64,000 nt of DNA from positions 35,298-99,297 of the forward strand of contig CAZHRF010000006.1 in the NCBI GenBank assembly GCA_964534625.1, in the 5' to 3' direction. The translations under genes were made by a program, and so were the position numbers. This document shows positions 30,601 to 39,900 of this stretch, in pieces. The notes beneath the pieces are model-generated. The model was not told where the DNA came from and made no database searches. It worked only from the letters and a program-made list of their open reading frames with translations. The stretch is from an uncultured archaeon (lineage in GTDB: Archaea > Asgardarchaeota > Heimdallarchaeia > Heimdallarchaeales > Heimdallarchaeaceae). Positions within the stretch are counted from its first letter, which is position 1. Each line of letters begins with the position of its first letter.

Positions 30601-31842
30601 TACAAATACATGAATTTAACCTTTATTCATTTAGATGTTGATGCAAGTCCCTTGCAAAATGTTTCTATTTCCATCACAAACCCCTACAATTCCTCTAAGA
30701 CCAATCTATACACTAACGAAAATGGCAGTATACTGTTTTACACATTTGAAGGAGGTATAACGGTTAGACTAACATATGATGGAATTGAGTATAGTTTTAG
30801 TTTAGACACAGAAGATAGTTATAATCAAACCATTTATACAGGTAATGCTCATGCATATTTTACCATATTAGATCAATTCACAGGTGAACCTATAGTGAAT
30901 GATCGTTTCATAGTAACCGATAAAAATGATATTGTTATTACTTCTTTTACTACAAATAGTGAAGGAAAAGCCACTTGTAAGATCTACTTTGGTGACTTCA
31001 CTTTATATTACAAGAGGGGAAACGATTATTATTCTTTTGATATAAGTATTAGTAATCCTGAACAAAATTTCACTATGGAATTATCCTCGCCCAAGCATTT
31101 TCTAACACTTTATTTTAAGTATACTAATGGAAAAGACGTAGAGAATATTCTAGTTGAAGTTTCAACTAAATTTGATAGGGTCATCAAACTTCAAACTGGA
31201 ACGCAATCTAGAGTCCAAGCTCTTTTGTCATATGAAATTGTCAATATAACAGTATATCGAACAAGTGGAAAAATAGAACAATTTCAAAGAATATTTACTC
31301 CTTACCGTGTAGAACACACCATTTATTTTTACAGTAATAAAACAACTGGAATTGATCTTTTACCTGAGGCTAGTTTCATAGGGGAATTTAACATTCTCTT
31401 GTCAGTAGCTGATGAATATATGGACCAATATTTCCGTGGTGCTTTAATGCTCACATATACCATTGCTTATGCAGAAATTGGATTAGTAGTAATAATTGTT
31501 GCAGTTAATATGTACTCAATATTAAGAAATGTTTTCAAGGAAAGCAAAAAAGAAACAAAAATATTAAAGATGATAGGAGGAACAACACTTCATACCTTCT
31601 TTAGTATAATTACTCGATTAGCATTGCTTTCCATTTTTGCTTCAATAATAGGATACATCATAGGATATAGTATGATTTCCTTCTTGGCAAGGAATAACAG
31701 AACATTATTTTTTGGACATGTGTTTTATCCAGAAGGAAACTGGCAAATATTGATTTTAAATGCTGCATTTATGCTTATATCAGCTTTTATATCATCTCTT
31801 GTTATCTCCAGAAAAGAGAATGACAAAAGTATTTCAATCTAA
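27673..31842 (+). CDS. FtsX/MacB-family permease with ~1000 aa inserted Ig/prealbumin-like ectodomain
   Basis: N-terminal TM and MacB-like core (YRGIDP, VGERFA..VGD), DxTxPxI Ig junctions, many N-x-S/T sequons, ETKILKMIGG and 3 C-terminal TMs. Confidence 0.8.
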   Translation: MDLTKIFLYNVLPKKRIFIAFIGFLISSVIITGTSILLSSMIVSSQSYFGVTDDVIVISNPEANTPFTSILPLDLISAIQYVPGVKVVSPEIMTAAVYNDQAIYYRGIDPITFWNFTDVEYIKGTPITLDDTYNVSVGERFAQRNNIDVGDFFTIYSTRADSALELRVKSIFKTATLLDDEIIGPLWIGQFLSFGNFDYISHIRVKVDLDIIRNKEKIAEMVNSKFTLRVDLSTSNKTTAYNATLYIKTFKDTTILERKFINNRTIQQILPFRMYNLQVEMNELVSNTTTILVAKNDTRVDLFLPRIERKIDFNITTDEGTPIEGAKLDITPIMDNVERENQKSVLYTNKQGLSSQILVDGTYRLEAFYNNYYIEQILEITKSKTINIILIYRQPEIYFYTPTNESTILNNAFNLKLDSSPGCSIYYYFDYNSSQTKTYFVWEPGVQKPNYIPTELEYGNHSLTVIALNEDFDGNESKNYANKTIHFFLNSSLSDSIEPSLLKNGTQIYPNQKIALSETLASITGLQYQWNQLGFKDIERDFIITPNNTGIHLLTLRTKAGKIIEEYYYIITSNPDPHGIIGEVNYQPVKTGDKIDFWCSTPNQTLYYSWNNNTALFLEEDYIPTDSLGEGLNRLYLYQMTNESWYNSSYEIWIDNTSPEITLDYDNYSNISSGEYLALQTNEDISGAYFSWDGLPYSKIFSNFIPVPLINGTRNLTLKVIDLAGNINITSFTYTIVNSSTTFTSDIFLQNEYFGNLTLQYITIKTISSFNFDNASFNLNGPISKSGYYNENMRIYLYEGNYTLNLTFHDNNLTYSRQWTFTICKSYNHSNIDPTLFQLNNTISSYYFPDFNWRVNVNDTETIFLVDSKYQLQLNYTTSDNTWIENKKIIIDTTLPIITILSPNKGINDTSFFFEINSNAVEINYSIEGSGISGIYNPYNNSEITLEKGIYTIRFSLYDSAHNYRTYNYILRTGLSYKYMNLTFIHLDVDASPLQNVSISITNPYNSSKTNLYTNENGSILFYTFEGGITVRLTYDGIEYSFSLDTEDSYNQTIYTGNAHAYFTILDQFTGEPIVNDRFIVTDKNDIVITSFTTNSEGKATCKIYFGDFTLYYKRGNDYYSFDISISNPEQNFTMELSSPKHFLTLYFKYTNGKDVENILVEVSTKFDRVIKLQTGTQSRVQALLSYEIVNITVYRTSGKIEQFQRIFTPYRVEHTIYFYSNKTTGIDLLPEASFIGEFNILLSVADEYMDQYFRGALMLTYTIAYAEIGLVVIIVAVNMYSILRNVFKESKKETKILKMIGGTTLHTFFSIITRLALLSIFASIIGYIIGYSMISFLARNNRTLFFGHVFYPEGNWQILILNAAFMLISAFISSLVISRKENDKSISI

Positions 31843-31871
31843 GAAAGAGAATGATGGTCAATAAAACATCG

Positions 31872-34694
31872 TTAAATGAACATAAAGCCATTTTCACCAT
31901 AGAAATGCCAAGTCGAAGACCAATGGTAAAAATTAACTCCATAGTTCGAAAGAGAACCAATTTTATAGCTTTTTTGCACAATTTGATCGTTCAATGATTT
32001 ATCTTTGTATGAAATTTGCACATTAATATTATGTATAATTGTTGTAGTATCTTTTAATGTGTGTACTAAAAAGGTCTCAAATTTTTCTTCTCCAGTTTTA
32101 TTATGTGAGTAACTAATTGTTTCAGTAAGGCGAGTCGAGTTTTGAAATGTGGAGTATTCTGTTGAAAAACTAATATTCAGGGGAGCATTTGTGGGGGCAG
32201 CAGTTAAATCCATAAGGGCATCTATTCCAACACTATCATTTTTAAAAGAAAACTCTTTTTGATTTCGAGCAAAAAGACTTATTGAAGATCCATCCCTTCC
32301 TTTCAATTGTAAATCAAGTAAGCCAATAAAAGGTTTTAATTCATCGTAAGAGGATTTTAAGGTGTATAATATGAATTCACTATTTCTAAAGCGATGAGTA
32401 AAATGGAGATTATTATTAAATATCCTGAAGAGATAGTACTTATAATAATACTCTGTTAAAAAGACAGGATAGTACTCATTTTTTTGGTTCATCGTAATAA
32501 ATATCTCTATTTGATAATCCTTCAAGAATTGAAGGAGTTTGGTTGTATTCTCTTTATTGAAAGGTAATGTATCAGATTCTATGGCTGCATTAATAAAATA
32601 ACTAGCCATAAAGAAATCTAATACTGGTTTAGTTGCATAATATTCTAATCCAGGTGTATTAATTGATAAAATTACTGAATCATCAGGATAGCCCAATCCT
32701 TTTACTGCATCAATAAGTTCAACATAATTTCTTCGTGAATAAAATACAAATTCTTGATGAAACTCTTCTAAATCAAATCGATGATATACAATTAAGGCAG
32801 ATTGTGCAAGCATAGGCACAAAAACAACCAAAAAGATTAGTGACCCAGCCAATACTTTTCTTGAAGTGAGTTCTTTATTAAAATATATCTTCTTAAAACT
32901 AAACTCGAAAGAGTTCTCTTTTAGTAACAAGAAAAAAACAACCAAATTCAATGCAATGATCTGTAAGACAAGAGAAACTACATTTTTATGTGCATAATAC
33001 CACTTAAGATGAAAGTTTTCTTCAAAGAGCAACTCAAATGGAATAATGGGTAACAAGGTTAAATAAGAAGTTATTATGAGAAACAAAAATGCTAGGAACC
33101 CGTCTCTTTTTTTTCCATCTCTTTTATTTAGATATCGAGTTATAGAATTAAAACCAATCACGGTTATTAAAGCAGCGGGAGGTACAATAGGTGTTAAATA
33201 GCGTATTGAACCACTTCCAAAGAATGCTTGCCAGATAACAAAAAAAAGTAATAACCAAATTACTAATGATTTGTGCTTCTTATGTGAGGTAAATAAACCA
33301 AATATTTTTACTATAGCCCATGTACTTGCAAAATTAATAGAAAGAAGAAGACAAAAAGATGAACTTATGAATGATGCGGTATGAGCATTTTCAATATATG
33401 TAGTTACTTCAGGAGTTGCTATTCCTGGCCAAGAATATTTAATATTACCTACAACGTCAACATAAGTACGTCTTAAGAAGTCCTCCGTTCCACTGATAGA
33501 GAACATAAAATATAACCAGAAAATTCCTGCGATAATAGGTATAGAATATATCAAAATAATATTGAGCCACCTTTTAAGCGAAAAAGCCAGTGTTTCATCA
33601 GTAATGACTAGAAATATACAATATATACATAAGAGAAATATTAGAATACTCGTGCCAATATAAATTTCAGTTAATGATTTTCTGACAAGTTGATATGTCA
33701 AACCTGCTATAATCAATGATCGCAATATTTTCCCTATTTTATCAGAAGGCATTGCAACAAAGATAACTATTGGTAAAATATAGCCGCTAATCTTACTCAA
33801 GACACAACCTGTTAAACTAAGAGACGTTAGGAGAACATAATACAACTTTTCATTTTGTGCATCTACTTTAAACATTCTACGAAAGTAATAAAAGGATGCG
33901 GTTGTAAAAAACATGATAAAAATATCTTGATAATATTGGTATTCAAACACCATAAAATAGATTAAAGGAGTAGCAAAAAAAGCTATACCTACCATTAAGG
34001 AGGTTCTTTTGGATAGATTCTCTTGTTTGGCTATTTTATAGCATAAATATGCTGTCCCTCCCAAATACACAAAAGATATCAGCTGTATCATTTCACCCAA
34101 AGTAATATAAAATGCATAGGCATAAAGAAAAATATTGAGTGGGGGTTTAAATTGAGGCATAAAATTTAGCGGATTAATATTTGGTAGTCTTCCTGTAAGA
34201 AATAAATGGAATGCATTTGGAATATAAAAATGAAGGGCATCCCATCCCCTTAATGGATAAATTAACCCATTAAATACATACGCAGAAAACATAAGGAATA
34301 CAATTATGATATACAAAGTATTCAAAGACCGCTTCAATCCCTTTTCTTCTGAGAGTATATAGTCTGGTAGTTTCTTTTTTACAAAATTATATGAAAAATA
34401 GATGATGGTTAAAACACCAATAGTGAAATAAAGATAAGAAAATTTTTTGAGAAAACTAGTATATATCGTTCTTGGATGCTGTTCATATTTCTTCTGTGCG
34501 AGTATGCTAATAAATACCATGGGGACAACAAGCGAGATAGTGCCAAAAACAGTAGAATCCAATAATATCTCCAAAAAAGAAACGGATTGTTTTTTTTCTT
34601 GTAAAAATTTGCGGATCAAAAACTGTTCTAAGTAACCAACAGCGACAATAGTAATCACAGGTAAAAGCATTCTTACGTCAAATATTGATATCAT
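31872..34694 (-). CDS. large GT-C (ArnT/PMT-like) membrane glycosyltransferase
   Basis: Polytopic; GWDALHFY, KPPL, YQDIF, SKISG and RYLTP motifs; C-terminal external domain. Confidence 0.7.
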   Translation of the reverse strand: MISIFDVRMLLPVITIVAVGYLEQFLIRKFLQEKKQSVSFLEILLDSTVFGTISLVVPMVFISILAQKKYEQHPRTIYTSFLKKFSYLYFTIGVLTIIYFSYNFVKKKLPDYILSEEKGLKRSLNTLYIIIVFLMFSAYVFNGLIYPLRGWDALHFYIPNAFHLFLTGRLPNINPLNFMPQFKPPLNIFLYAYAFYITLGEMIQLISFVYLGGTAYLCYKIAKQENLSKRTSLMVGIAFFATPLIYFMVFEYQYYQDIFIMFFTTASFYYFRRMFKVDAQNEKLYYVLLTSLSLTGCVLSKISGYILPIVIFVAMPSDKIGKILRSLIIAGLTYQLVRKSLTEIYIGTSILIFLLCIYCIFLVITDETLAFSLKRWLNIILIYSIPIIAGIFWLYFMFSISGTEDFLRRTYVDVVGNIKYSWPGIATPEVTTYIENAHTASFISSSFCLLLSINFASTWAIVKIFGLFTSHKKHKSLVIWLLLFFVIWQAFFGSGSIRYLTPIVPPAALITVIGFNSITRYLNKRDGKKRDGFLAFLFLIITSYLTLLPIIPFELLFEENFHLKWYYAHKNVVSLVLQIIALNLVVFFLLLKENSFEFSFKKIYFNKELTSRKVLAGSLIFLVVFVPMLAQSALIVYHRFDLEEFHQEFVFYSRRNYVELIDAVKGLGYPDDSVILSINTPGLEYYATKPVLDFFMASYFINAAIESDTLPFNKENTTKLLQFLKDYQIEIFITMNQKNEYYPVFLTEYYYKYYLFRIFNNNLHFTHRFRNSEFILYTLKSSYDELKPFIGLLDLQLKGRDGSSISLFARNQKEFSFKNDSVGIDALMDLTAAPTNAPLNISFSTEYSTFQNSTRLTETISYSHNKTGEEKFETFLVHTLKDTTTIIHNINVQISYKDKSLNDQIVQKSYKIGSLSNYGVNFYHWSSTWHFYGENGFMFI

Positions 34695-34843
34695 ACCTTT
34701 TTGCTCCTTTATGCAATTTATACTTGTTTAATATCTGGGTGAACGTACTCCTTTATAAATAACGTGAAAATGACGAGAAAAGTGAATCAAAAAAGGAAGA
34801 AAGGAAAGAAAAATAAGCGATAAAAAAACATGTAAAAATAATA

Positions 34844-35083
34844 ATGAGGGCCTAGGAAAAGTGTAGAAGAGAGAAAGGGAAGAGATGATACGGAAATGTT
34901 CTATGTGTTTACACTGGAAACAAGGGAAACAAGGGATACCTAAACAAAATTCCTACAAAAACTATTTTATTGTCTTAGGTGGGCTGGTTTACTATCTTGT
35001 AAGTAAAAACGGCACATCAATCATGGTTATTGATACAGTGTCGTATAAGCTCTCCACTCTGGTCCGTCGTCTATGATTTTTTT
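34844..35083 (+). ncRNA. candidate structured non-coding RNA of unknown family
   Basis: Five nested long-range stems enclose three consecutive hairpins; G-U pairs favour the plus strand; ends in a T7 run. Confidence 0.35.
34916..34936 (+). repeat. tandem repeat (GGAAACAAG)x2 + GGA
   Basis: Read directly from the sequence. Confidence 0.8.
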
Positions 35084-35092
35084 AAGAGTTTT

Positions 35093-36631
35093 TTATGACC
35101 AGAGAAAACTAAACTCATTATAAATATCGCGAGATTTTTTAAAACGTTTCTTTAGTTCCCTTTCTACGTCTAGTCTATCTTTGAGATGAAGATAAATTTT
35201 AAGATAATTGTTGTTTCGTAAATTTATGCCTTTTAGATCTTTACATTTGTATAGATCGTCTTTAGAAATAAAGGTAATAAAATTATTCCCTAGTCCTAGA
35301 TGCGATAAGTTAGTACATTTCCATACGTCTTTGGGAAAAACACTAAATAAATTATTTTTTATATATAAATGTGTTATAGTATCATTTTCTTCTAGACCTT
35401 GGAGGTCGTGTAAATGATTCCCATCAAGATTAATTTTTTTTAATTTTGGAAAGTCGTGTAGTTTTTTGGGAAAAGAAGTAAAAAAATTCCCTCTGAGATC
35501 TAATTCAGTAAGGTTAGGCCATTTTTCAGGGTTTAGTGGTAATTGAGTTAAATGCATCTTTGGTAACCGTACACCTACAAAATCAGCATACCAATTTACG
35601 TCGAATACCGTATTTTCCGTATAATAATATATATCATGTTCGTTTAACCATCCACCCAACTTTCCTAGTTCGTCTTTTTTTTCAGTGGTCAATTTAAATT
35701 CTACGTTGGGATGATAATTGTTATACCCAAAGAAACGACTAGCCCACGTATCATAATAATTTACATCGGTCGGGAGATAAAGATATTTTGTGTCTTCATG
35801 TTTAGACAGCAGTGTATGGGTTTGACTATATACTTTCCCATATTCTTTAATCAGTACAAATATGACAGATCCCTCTTTTTTATTATTCTCATTGGTGTCT
35901 TTATGGAATACGATATTCTTTAATTTATTTATGTCATGATTATAAATGTTCACTCCATATAACCTCGTATCCATCAGATTTAAAATCAAATCTACGGTAT
36001 CATAGGTGCCAAATTTGCATAAATCCACCTGCAACGAATAGTTACAAAATAGTTCATTTTCCCATGTTTCCCTTGCATCTTGAAATTCAAATACACGATT
36101 GTCTTTATCTAACGGAATAAGTTCAATATTCTTATCCGTTGTCTTTAAAATTTCTGTATAAAGTGCATCAATAGGCGGGTTATCAATACTCTCATAGCTA
36201 TCGGAATGAGAAATATAAAAATCAAAGAACCTTTTCATGAGCCCCACATAAAAAAGCACATTATTAGTTCTTGAAAATATACTCGACCACTCTCGGTGGG
36301 AATCAATATAGTTCTTAACACACTCAATTATTTTTTCTTTACATAGCCGTACATCCGTTATTAATGAATCTTTGGGAAAGGTAAACAATAACCCGTATTT
36401 ACTGGTCAAGGTAAATTTGTTTCCTGCGAGAAGCATATCCTCTATCTTATTGTCACACATGTAATGAATATCTATCTTATACTGGTCAAACAGTTCTTTA
36501 AGTGTATAGCGTATGTATCCTTTAAACATGTACAAGAACGTTTTACAATAATAGTGTAAGGGGATAAAAAATTCATATGTATCGTTTTTCTTATTCTTCC
36601 TAATCACTGCGTCTTTTCTTATCCAACTCAT
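35093..36631 (-). CDS. protein with unknown N-terminal region and ~5 C-terminal leucine-rich repeats
   Basis: LxxLxLxxN repeats: LTELDLRGN, LKKINLDGN, ITHLYIKNN, LSHLGLGNN, LKGINLRNN. GGTGA RBS; no signal peptide. Confidence 0.85.
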   Translation of the reverse strand: MSWIRKDAVIRKNKKNDTYEFFIPLHYYCKTFLYMFKGYIRYTLKELFDQYKIDIHYMCDNKIEDMLLAGNKFTLTSKYGLLFTFPKDSLITDVRLCKEKIIECVKNYIDSHREWSSIFSRTNNVLFYVGLMKRFFDFYISHSDSYESIDNPPIDALYTEILKTTDKNIELIPLDKDNRVFEFQDARETWENELFCNYSLQVDLCKFGTYDTVDLILNLMDTRLYGVNIYNHDINKLKNIVFHKDTNENNKKEGSVIFVLIKEYGKVYSQTHTLLSKHEDTKYLYLPTDVNYYDTWASRFFGYNNYHPNVEFKLTTEKKDELGKLGGWLNEHDIYYYTENTVFDVNWYADFVGVRLPKMHLTQLPLNPEKWPNLTELDLRGNFFTSFPKKLHDFPKLKKINLDGNHLHDLQGLEENDTITHLYIKNNLFSVFPKDVWKCTNLSHLGLGNNFITFISKDDLYKCKDLKGINLRNNNYLKIYLHLKDRLDVERELKKRFKKSRDIYNEFSFLWS

Positions 36632-36927
36632 TTTTTCACCATATATATTTTTTACCTTGTTCTTCTTTTTCTGTTCTCATTCTTAGTGTTAACTATCTCT
36701 ACTAGTATATATAAGTTATACATATATAAAGGTACTCAAGTAGAAAATAGAACATAAAAAAAGGTTTCTTTTGCTCTAACTCTAACTTAATGAAAATTCT
36801 CTCTTTGCATTTTCTCCTTCCCCTCCTCCTACAAATATAATCAGTTAGATATGATTAATAAAGAAAAAAATGATAAGTTACAATGACCTTTGAAGTTCGT
36901 AAAAAAAGAAGAACGAACCAGTAAACG

Positions 36928-39900
36928 CTACGAGTCTCGTCTAGTTCTATACCACGCTTCAAAATTAATATACTGCCATGCTCGTTCTAACTCTAATGGA
37001 TAAATGTCCCATGCAGATTTATTCTTCTTATTACGTTTGGCTAGATCATTCACAAGATTTCTTAACCTTTGAGCATTATTCCCTATATTAAATCTCCCAT
37101 GACTACTTCCTATTTCCATTACCGACTGCCACATCATACAAATATGATAACTAGATTGGAATTGCAATAACGCTTTATCATCTAGATTAGCAGCTTGTTC
37201 TAAAGCTATAGACGCTTTAATATATCCATATAGATATATTCCCACTTGTTGTCTTATGGAAAGGGGATTCTCTTCTTCTCTTCTAGTATATCTCATATAT
37301 TCTGGAAGGAAAAGTGAATCTTCTAAACAATCTTGTATACCTCGTAATATCTCTTTCTGATCATCGTCTAAAGATGGATGGTCAGTGATGTATTCGTCAA
37401 TATGACTCGCTTCTAATACCCCTGTTCCTTTTAATTTCTTCTCATCTATCTGCTTTTTAACCCACAAGTTTACATCATCAAATACTTGCCTATATTCTTT
37501 ATACTTAAGATCGGCTTCTACCTTTTTATCGGTTCTTAATACCCAAGAATACGCTGGTTGTTTATATATTTGAAATCTTTCATTATCTTCTGCTACAGGT
37601 ATATACCTTCCATAATCAGTATATTTCTCATATACTCCCATAAGAAAACTGGTTACAACTATCTTCTGAATAGTTGCTTCAATATTAGTTGTGATTGTCC
37701 CCCCGTGATCTCTCTTTTGTAATAAAGATAAGTCAAACCTCCCCTTGTTTTGCTCTGTCATTGTTTCCATGTTTTCTATAATTTGTTCCCATGTTAAACC
37801 GTCTACTTTCTTTTTCGCTTGGTGATAGTTTAACAAGTTGTCTGGATCTTTTCCCATTTCATATTTTATCAATATCTCATATAACGCGGGTTCATGTTCT
37901 AATATATTTTTAGGCACTGCAACCAAATCATTATATTCCCTGATGATATCTTCTCTCGACTTACCTTGAGTAGAACCACAATATCTTTCTACAAAATTTG
38001 TTTCTATTTCATTATTTAAATTAGTAGTAGCATAAGAATTCTTATTTTCACCTGCTAAAGTATCGCTTCCCCCTACCACCCGTTTTAACAATGTAAACCC
38101 ATTTTTAGTCACTGCTAAATAAATCTGGTCATTGCGTGTGCTTGTCGTTATAGGTAAATAAGGGTTATATTTACTTTTTCCATCTATCTCTCGTCCATTT
38201 ACATCTATCCCCATATCCACCTTTTTGAGGTAAGTCACACCTAGGGCATTTTCTTCTCCATTACTCCTTACAATTGCTTGGTGTATCGCATCTGCTATTT
38301 GTTTATTTTCTGGACTCTCTTTATACCATATTTCAAAATCTGTTTTACCTTTTTTCACTTTCTCGTGATATGTTTTAACTTTCTGTAAGTCATCGGGATA
38401 AGTAAGGTCTAATTTAAATGTTGTATCTCCAACTTTGTCTCCAGCTATTACTAGTTTATTAGACCATCCATTTTTTCCCTTTTTAATATTTCTAACTCCT
38501 TCTTCCGCTGTTGCAATAACTTGTGATAGTTCAGTTACCCATATTTTTGTCGTATCTATTGTCCATTTTTGGTTTGGGCACTCTACTTCTATAAAGAATT
38601 TATCTTTCGCGTCGTAAGATGCTCTTAACCCTATTATGTTACCATATCTAGTGCCATCTTGGTCACCACCCTTCTTATCCTTTCCATATACATATCTCGC
38701 CAACTGTTCTATTAATATTTTCCCTGTATGTTGTGCTTCTACTAATAAACGAGAGTTAAGAGGTGATTCGGAAATTACTATATCTTCAAGAGAAGATAAT
38801 TTCTTACCTGAACTATCTTTTCCATATGTATCTATATCAAATAATTTTTTTGCTTCTGTATCTATTCCTTTTCCTTCCAATTCAGGATAATACCTTTTTA
38901 ACCCACAATCCATGTGTACCGTATCTATCCCCCCCATTAGTGCTCTATACTCATGTGAATCTCTGTCTATTGAAGCCCATTCATTTATATGTATCTTCCC
39001 GTTCATTAATCTTCTATACCTATCATATTTCCATGCATATTTGTTATGGTCTGTCTTTTCTATTTTAATATCTCTACCCGACCTAGTATCTGTCTCAGTT
39101 AATAAATATGCATTTACATACCCTACTCCATACGCATAATTTTCATCTGTAGTTTCTAATTTTGCAGTATTTAATATATCCAAAGGATATGTATGTTCAT
39201 ACCCGTTAGTCACTTTAACATTTTCACCTTGTAGTAATATCTGTTGTAATCTATATGATAAAAACAAGTCCATACTTGTCGGTAATGTATCGCCTTTTGC
39301 CATTGCATATATAGCCAAACCATTATTTCTAAAATCATTTATACTTGTATATTCGCTTTTCGTAAATTCATTGTTAATCGCTCCCCCTAAATTTTTGTAT
39401 GTATCAGCTTGTATAATAGTTCCATCCGCCTTAAAAACATAGTAATACTTATTATCTTTATGGTAAAAAATAGCTGGAGATAGTTTATAATCTTCTCCGT
39501 TTATTCTTACATTAAAAACATTATCTCCAGTAGAATATTGAGATAAATATATTTTACTCCCGTCAACTTCTGTTACTGTTATAGGTTCACCGTTGTTAGG
39601 TAATTTTACTCCATCAAAAATTTCTGTATATGCTGTATATTTTATAGAACTGTCATCTGCTTTCAAATATACACCAGCTAGCGATTTTGTCCTATCTGTT
39701 ATGGACAAAAACAGATCTGTCCCTGTTTTATCTTTTAATGTTACTAACCCATCACTATCTGTTTTTAAAGCCACCTCTCCTTGAAACATGGCTTTGATAT
39801 TGCTTACCATCATTTTCTTTCTAAATAATGTTAGTAAATTAATATTAATACATCTACTCTTTAGTTCAAGTGTATGGGCTTCCAAAGCATCTTTAAACGT

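Noticed and set aside
34846-34857. Minus-strand CCTAGGCCCTCA followed by a T-rich tract, as a possible tRNA 3'-end (att) remnant
   Set aside because: No T-loop (TTCRAAT) and too short to call without seeing the other element end.
34853-34866. GGAAAAGUG resembling RNase P CR-I
   Set aside because: No complementary P4 partner or CR-V motif at the 3' end.
34885-35076. 63 aa plus-strand ORF
   Set aside because: No recognisable features; it overlaps the candidate structured RNA and is probably spurious.
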